Below, piece by piece: positions 1 to 5,013 of a DNA stretch of 5,013 nucleotides. Each line of letters starts with the position of its first letter. The first letter of the stretch is position 1. The stretch covers positions 1 through 5,013 of the forward strand of contig NW_021830252.1 of assembly GCF_006345805.1 (NCBI RefSeq), given 5' to 3'. The notes under the pieces are model-generated. The model did not search any database. It was not told the DNA's origin and saw only the letters and a list, made by a program, of their open reading frames with translations. The DNA is from Octopus sinensis (Eukaryota). Position numbers and translations under genes: made by a program.

Positions 1-2
1 AC

Positions 3-28
3 ATATATATATATATATCAATATTTAG

Positions 29-74
<46 letters not shown>

Positions 75-90
75 CGTATATATATGTATA
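3..90. repeat. (AT)n microsatellite, imperfect
   Basis: Long TA dinucleotide run with a few interruptions, read directly. Confidence 0.95.
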
Positions 91-157
91 CACGCGTGAA
101 TTTTGACTGTTGTCTGCTGTTGCTGGCCATCTACATTGTTTTCATATATGCGTAGGC

Positions 158-159
<2 letters not shown>

Positions 160-203
<44 letters not shown>

Positions 204-220
204 TTATATAGATATATATA

Positions 221-272
<52 letters not shown>

Positions 273-290
273 TATAATCTAGACATATAT
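160..290. repeat. (AT)n microsatellite, imperfect
   Basis: About 130 bp of near-continuous TA. It accounts for the YIYI-type ORFs 131..370 and 160..468. Confidence 0.95.
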
Positions 291-522
291 GTTGTATGCT
301 GTATGTATGTATGTAGGTGTGTTTGTGTGGGTATGTGCATGCGTATACCTCTCGGGGCACATACACACACACATACTTATACACGTGTATGTGTGTGAAT
401 ATGTGAATACATACATACACGTACATATATATATATATAAATACATGTATGTATGTGTGTCTTTGCATGTGTGTGTTTGTGTATGTATGCGTGTGTGTGC
501 GTGTATGTATTCGTCTGTGTGT
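291..522. repeat. Degenerate compound (GT)/(TATG)/(CA)/(TA) microsatellite
   Basis: Alternating purine-pyrimidine tracts such as gtatgtatgt, gtgtgt and acacac. Confidence 0.85.
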
Positions 523-875
523 TCGCCTTGTTAGAAGTGAATAATGTCAACATCAATTTGAACATGCTTTGTTTTTATCCTTTTTTCGTTGTTGTTCTTT
601 AAATAGGGATTGGCTCGTTAACGACATCGGATTGACTCATCTTTCTGCCTTTGTCAAGTGCCATGTCTTCACCTAAAATTTGTTATCAAAGACACCGCCA
701 TTGTACTCCCACAAAGGTATTCTTGGCAATCACTAACTGTGACGTAATAACGCCGGACCACTTCCGCTGTCACTTGAAAAACATTATGTTACAACAACAA
801 CAGTCGGAAATACCCGAAAAGCCTGAGAGCTAATGTGCTCCAACGAATCATCACGTTCTCTTCTTCTTCTTCTAT

Positions 876-1009
876 AAGCAGTGGTGTTTTCTGCCAAGTG
901 CTCCACCCTTATTGCAGCCCCTATTGTTCCATGTACTTCTCAAGATTTTATTCACTGTTCCCAGGTCTCTGACAATTATTGGTTCTACTATCAGTGGCCA
1001 CAACTGCTT
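876..1009 (-). mobile_element. Decayed ORF fragment of an R4/Dong-like non-LTR retrotransposon (C-terminal part of the restriction-like endonuclease region), fragment A
   Basis: The minus strand translates with three frameshifts as KQLWPLIVEPIIVRDLGTVNK / NLEKYMEQ / IGAAIRVEHL / QKTPLL. This matches the '[LM]W...V.P[IV][IV][IV]GALG.....L.KY.........[LI]QK..LLGT' C-terminus of R4-clade RLE elements. The family was recognised from memory. Confidence 0.75.
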
Positions 1010-1034
1010 ATTATTATTATTATTATCATTATTA

Positions 1035-1072
<38 letters not shown>

Positions 1073-1086
1073 TTATTATTATTATT
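1008..1086. repeat. (ATT)n / (TAA)n microsatellite, probable 3' tail or target of the adjacent retroelement
   Basis: About 26 ATT units with two ATC variants and one slip. It lies directly 3' (minus strand) of fragment B's 3' UTR and produces the poly-I and poly-L ORFs. Confidence 0.95.
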
Positions 1087-1305
1087 CAATTATTTTATTT
1101 TTATAGCATATTTTCACTTCACTATTGAGCGCAGCTCTGTGTGCCTTGGTTATGTGCCGTGGTTTGGTGTGATGCTCTGGTGGTTACTGCATTGAAAGTG
1201 CTTTGCGTAGGGTTTGTGCAGTACCCGGTAGTGCAATTTTCTGTATGTTGCATATATTTCTTAAGTCCTGGTGTTTTTTTTGTTATGTATTTGCCGGACT
1301 TTTTT
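1087..1305 (-). mobile_element. 5'-truncated 3' end of an R4/Dong-like non-LTR retrotransposon (ORF end, 3' UTR, then TAA tail), fragment B
   Basis: The minus strand gives KSGKYITKKTPGLK, then after a +1 frameshift NICNIQKIALPGTAQTLRKALSMQ* (stop at 1186-1184). This fits the 'IQK..LLGTA.ILRK.L' terminus of R4/Dong ORFs. About 100 nt of UTR follow, then (TAA)n. Confidence 0.8.
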
Positions 1306-1430
1306 TTCCTTCTTTCTTCAAATTTTCTTCCGTTTCTCGCCGAGTGTTTTCCATACACCTAGGGTAGAGAAGCTCATTGTATGCATTCCCAGATTACACA
1401 CGCAAATTCACAGGTAAAATATGTATTTAA
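1303..1430 (-). mobile_element. Possible 3' UTR remnant of a third non-LTR element, fragment C
   Basis: The minus strand ends in an A-rich tail (gaagaaaatttgaagaaagaaggaaaaaaa). Upstream is ACCCTAGG...CACTCGG, which parallels ACCAAGG...CGCTCAA in fragment B's UTR. It resembles a retroelement 3' end I recall from octopus DNA. There is no coding evidence and the upstream boundary is approximate. Confidence 0.45.
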
Positions 1431-1861
1431 AAAATACATAAATAAATAAACCGGATTGTTATAGAAAATTCCTGAGCTAACTTCGAAATCGCCCTGATTG
1501 TTAGTAAGCAATTCCTTTTCCACTGAAAACATGACCAGTTTCCAGTATAATAATTCGCTGCATAACTTTGCCGAAATTCTGAGCACTTCATTTACTTCCC
1601 TCTTAAGAGGGAACGTGCAAATTTGGAAGAGCTTTCCACTGGCCGTGGAACACTTAGAGGAGTTTACATCTAGCAGTGAACCTTTGGAAAATATCTCGAA
1701 TCCTTTTTACTGGAGCTATCAAGAAAATCGTCAGAAACTCAGTGGAAAAGTTTCCTGAGATAGGGCGCATATTACATGTAGCTGACATGAATCTTTCATG
1801 GCTTCTATTAAGGACACCTTGTTTATATCACTAAATGTCTTCGTAATGCGCATGCCAAAAT

Positions 1862-2024
1862 ATGTAAGTGTAGCTGTGTAGTAAGAATTTTGCCTCCCAA
1901 ACACACGGTTCTGGGTTCAGTCACCCTGCGTGGCATCTAGCGCAACTGTCTTTTACTAAAGCCTCGGACCGATCATAACTTTCTGAGTAGAGTTGTTAGG
2001 TGGAAACTGAAAAAAGCCCGCCGG

Positions 2025-2071
<47 letters not shown>

Positions 2072-2340
2072 TGTGTGTATGTATGTGTGCGTGCGTGTGT
2101 GTACATGTGTGTGTGTGTGTGTGTTTCTGTTTGTGTTTAACTGCCAACACCGCTTGACAGGCGGCATTACTGTTTTTACGTTTCCGTACCATAGCGGTTC
2201 GGCTAAAGAGACCCATAGAATAAGTGCAATAAGTGCCAGTCATACAAAAATTAGTCCTGGACTTCATTCGATTGACTAAAATCCTTTAATGCGTTCTCCC
2301 AGCATGGCCGCAGTTAAATGGCTGAAGCATGTAAAAGATA
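1862..2340 (+). mobile_element. tRNA-derived SINE, family 1 (CORE-like motif, internal TA/GT microsatellite), copy 1
   Basis: A-box-like TAGCTGTGTAGT (1871-1882) and B-box-like GGTTCAGTCAC (1914-1924), internal microsatellite at ~2025-2124, and a 3' end CCAGCATGGCCGCAGTTAAATGGCTGAAGCATGTAAAAGATA. Positions 1914-2023 align ungapped with the reverse complement of 3821-3930 at 85/110 (hand count). Confidence 0.9.
2025..2124. repeat. (TA)n(GT)n compound microsatellite inside SINE copy 1
   Basis: Read directly. It occupies the same position as the shorter tract in copy 2 (~3779-3820). Confidence 0.95.
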
Positions 2341-3436
2341 TCTTCCTTGTTCCTCGACTCTTAATTCCAAATTTCTAATCCCACCGAATATTATGTAGAA
2401 AGGATTATCTCCCTTACATTCACTAGCCACCAGGGAGTACAATGCACTTCGAGAATTCATTTGACTTACTTATCTGTACGTGTCCTACAGAGCGATGAAA
2501 AGCACATCCAGTGTTTTGACAGAAGTAGATCTTTGAATCGATCGCCCTGAATTTGATCCTTTTTTTATGATCTTTTACTGCCGATGTTTCTGTTTCTGCT
2601 AAAAAAAGTAAGAGAACATCCAGTTCCTACCCTAACATATTTCTATATAGAAGATAATTACAGAAAACTTAAGTGATTTATGCTAATAAATCAAGCAATA
2701 TTTATTAATTCTTATTTTCCGTCCCACACAAAATAAAAAATAAATGAAAATGAGCGGCATTCGAAGAAATATATTTCTGAAGAATCAAAGAATTCTGAGA
2801 AGCCAAAGAACAATTGTTGTAAATAGTTTAATGAAAAAAACTTAATGACAAAGACCCCTATTTAGAAATGAAGAATTTATCCCTAAATTGTTTCCACTTT
2901 ATTGAAACAATCCTTACAAAATGCCTTTCTTGGAATTTATACAAATGCAGTTTTTTCAGGAATTATTACTGTAAGCTTATTTTCTAAGATGTATTTTATT
3001 GTTAATATTTACGAACATCTTGTTGAAAGCGCAATTTTGCGTTGTCTCTGATTTGTTTTTCTATTTTTCTGAATTTTTGGATTTTTTTTTCCGTTGCTCT
3101 TCATTTCATTTCAGTTCTTTTCACCCTGGTAATTATATTTTGTTGAATGCTAGCCTTTCTTTCAGGGACACATTTAATGCCTATCGCCTGCAATATCAAC
3201 ACAATTTAATGCATATAAATAGAAATACGTAGAGTCTGTCTTTTGACTGTAATTTCTCTGATGTCGCATGTCGTCATTTAGAGAGACACTTTAAAGTGAG
3301 TTTTGTTTAAAATTTCTTTTGGAGCTAATTTCCATGAACACTTCGAATATTAAAGCTGAATAGAGACTGGAATCTTCCAGTGAGGTACATAACCTCGGTT
3401 TCTACAAGAACATATATTGGTTCCGTGAAAACCCTA

Positions 3437-3511
3437 ACACACACACACACGCACACATACACAGACACATACACACACATACAAACGCACATAAACAAAC
3501 GCACACACACA
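3437..3511. repeat. Imperfect (CA)n microsatellite
   Basis: Read directly. Confidence 0.9.
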
Positions 3512-3547
3512 TTCACTCTATCTCTTTCTCTGAAGTAATATATATAT

Positions 3548-3987
3548 ATTCTTTTATTCGTTTATTCTTTTACTTTTTCAGTCATTTGATTGCGGCCATG
3601 CTGGAGTGCCACCCCAAAGAGTTTTATTCGAACAAATCGACCCCAGGGCTTATTTTTTTAACGCCTAGTACTTAATCTGGCGTTCTCTTTTTGCCGAAAC
3701 GCTAAGTTACGGGGACGTAAGCACAAATACCGGTTGTCAAGCGGTGATGGAGGTGGGGGATGGACAAACACGGATACAAAGACACACACAGATATATACA
3801 TCAATATATATATATATATACGACGTGCTTCTTTCAGTTTCCGACCACCAAATCCACTCACAAGGCTTTGGTCGGCCAGAGGCTATAATAGAAGATACTT
3901 GCCCAAGGTGCCACGCAGTGTGACTGAACCCGGATCCATATTAATGAGAAGCAAGCTTCTAACTTGCGCATGTGCAAAAGCGCCTGC
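3548..3987 (-). mobile_element. tRNA-derived SINE, family 1, copy 2 (inverted relative to copy 1)
   Basis: On the minus strand: B-box GGTTCAGTCAC (3930-3920), CORE-like GGCACCTTGGGCAAGT, an internal TA/GT tract, and a 3' end CCAGCATGGCCGCAATCAAATGACTGAAAAAGTAAAAGAATAAACGAATAAAAGAAT with a tandem tail. It is colinear with copy 1. The 5' boundary is approximate and the A-box region is altered. Confidence 0.92.
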
Positions 3988-4104
3988 TTAGCTACTTAGT
4001 TCCTTGCAATTGAGAATTAACTTGTAATGACAGAAAGCTAACACGAACCATGCTAATATGCGTTTTCGGTTTCCTCTCAACTCCTTTCAACCGAATATTG
4101 CTAA

Positions 4105-4326
4105 CCCTTTTGTTACCGACCTGGCTGTAACCACCTCTTGCTCTGTAATACAAATGTCTTGCTTTCATAAGTTTTGTATTAAAATCTTCCACCAAACCTT
4201 AGTCACAATTTATGTTCCTAACACTAGCTGAATGATAACTAAGTTATTTTACTAAATTATTTGTTGTATTTAAAATTTATTGAAAGAAACACAGAGAATC
4301 TAAAAATAAATACGGTAACAAAAGGG
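4105..4326. mobile_element. Non-autonomous DNA transposon (MITE), piggyBac-type ends, 222 bp
   Basis: Perfect 14-bp TIRs CCCTTTTGTTACCG (4105-4118) and CGGTAACAAAAGGG (4313-4326), flanked by CTAA (4101-4104) and TTAA (4327-4330). CCC...GGG ends with a TTAA target are piggyBac hallmarks. The interior is AT-rich and encodes no transposase. Confidence 0.88.
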
Positions 4327-4454
4327 TTAATGAATAAAAGCAACGCGCACGTAGAATAAACATACGTACGTTTATAGAAGCGTCGTGCGATCATACAATG
4401 ACATATTTGCACACTTATAAGACACACATACTCGTGCATACATGTATACAAACG

Positions 4455-4654
4455 CCTTTCCAGTACAGGTCCAAGTCCTAGAAATTGGAGGGGAGGATAG
4501 GTTGATTATATCGACCTCAGTGTGCAACTGCTACTTATTTTATCAGCCCCGAAAGGATAAAAGGCAAAGTCGGCCACGCCGGCGTAATCTGAACTCAGAA
4601 CGTACAGGCGGACGAAATACCGCAAAGGATTTTGCCCGGTGTGCTAAAGATTCT
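4455..4654 (-). mobile_element. tRNA-derived SINE, family 2, copy A (lacks about 15 nt of the 5' end)
   Basis: Positions 4501-4572 match 4721-4792 at 60/72 ungapped (hand count), and homology continues to GTGCTAAAGATTCT (4654). It has a degenerate B-box, GAGTTCAGATTAC, on the minus strand. Its 3' tail differs from copy B and the 3' boundary is approximate. Confidence 0.85.
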
Positions 4655-4886
4655 TATTTCTTTATTGCCCACAAGGGGCTAAACATAGAGGGGACGAACA
4701 CGGACAGACAAACGGATTAAGTCGATTATATCGACTCCAGTGCGTAACTGGTTCTTAATTTATCGACCCCGAAAGGATGAAGGGCAAAGTCGACCTCGGC
4801 GGAATTTGAACTCAGAACGTAACGGCAGACGACATGCGGCTACGCATTTCGCCCGGCGTGCTAACGTTTCTGCTAGCACGCCGCCT
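4651..4886 (-). mobile_element. tRNA-derived SINE, family 2, copy B (apparently full length)
   Basis: The minus strand starts AGGCGGCGTGCTAGCAGAAACGTTAGC (A-box-like), has B-box GAGTTCAAATTCC (4813-4801), a central TTCATCCTTTCGGGGTCGATAAATTAAG motif that I recall as Meta-domain-like (unverified), and an A-rich end AATAAAGAAATAAGAA. Confidence 0.9.
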
Positions 4887-4916
4887 CCATACATCTATAC
4901 ATCATGATAGACAGTT

Positions 4917-4955
4917 AGCCAGCCAGCCAGCCAGCCAGACACACACACACACACA

Positions 4956-5010
<55 letters not shown>
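4917..5010. repeat. (AGCC)5 followed by (AC)n microsatellite
   Basis: Read directly. It runs to the window edge. Confidence 0.95.
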
Positions 5011-5012
<2 letters not shown>

Positions 5013-5013
5013 A

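Noticed and set aside
131-565. ORFs 131..370, 160..468, 289..534 and 377..565
   Set aside because: They are YI/HT/CV dipeptide translations of dinucleotide repeats, which lack stops by construction.
608-650. DWLVNDIGL resembling the SAM-domain 'WL..IGL..Y' motif
   Set aside because: The match is too short, the following residues do not fit, and a stop comes at 674.
881-1195. ORFs with poly-Ile or poly-Leu resembling membrane proteins
   Set aside because: They are translations of (ATT)n and lie antisense to retrotransposon remnants.
1374-1758. Overlapping ORFs 1374..1586 (-) and 1498..1758 (+)
   Set aside because: No recognisable domain or clear splice signals. The minus ORF runs into AT-rich and putative UTR sequence.
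1862-1935. tRNA gene calls from A/B boxes (also 4800-4886)
   Set aside because: No complete cloverleaf is present, and the boxes are heads of repeated SINE bodies.
2730-3115. A-rich block (2730-2850) mirrored by a T-rich block (3040-3115) as a possible old inverted repeat
   Set aside because: The best match is about 15/19 in low-complexity sequence, with no defined ends or TSD.
1956-4720. ORFs overlapping SINEs and the MITE (1956..2267, 2043..2279, 3658..3861, 3734..3991, 3992..4195, 4442..4720)
   Set aside because: They are incidental frames across repeats. Homologous copies do not keep the frame.
4501-4871. CRISPR-like or prokaryotic system from the direct repeats and hairpins
   Set aside because: There are only two long diverged copies, no repeat-spacer periodicity and no cas or operon-like genes. 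The context is eukaryotic.

Overview
AT-rich, microsatellite-dense eukaryotic non-coding DNA (intronic or intergenic). The repeat families resemble octopus/coleoid cephalopod repeats; this comes from my memory of those families, not from a search. No intact protein-coding gene is supported, and most ORF-track entries are translations of (AT)n, (GT)n or (ATT)n repeats. The window is a mosaic of mobile-element remnants. (1) A head-to-tail cluster of two, possibly three, minus-strand 3' fragments of R4/Dong-like non-LTR retrotransposons around a (TAA)n tract (876-~1430). (2) Two convergent copies of a tRNA-derived SINE with an internal microsatellite (1862-2340 +, 3548-3987 -). (3) A 222-bp piggyBac-type MITE with perfect 14-bp TIRs (4105-4326). 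(4) A tandem pair of a second tRNA-SINE family with only one 5' end (4455-4886 -). I found no convincing new biological system; the interesting signals lie in how the transposons are arranged.
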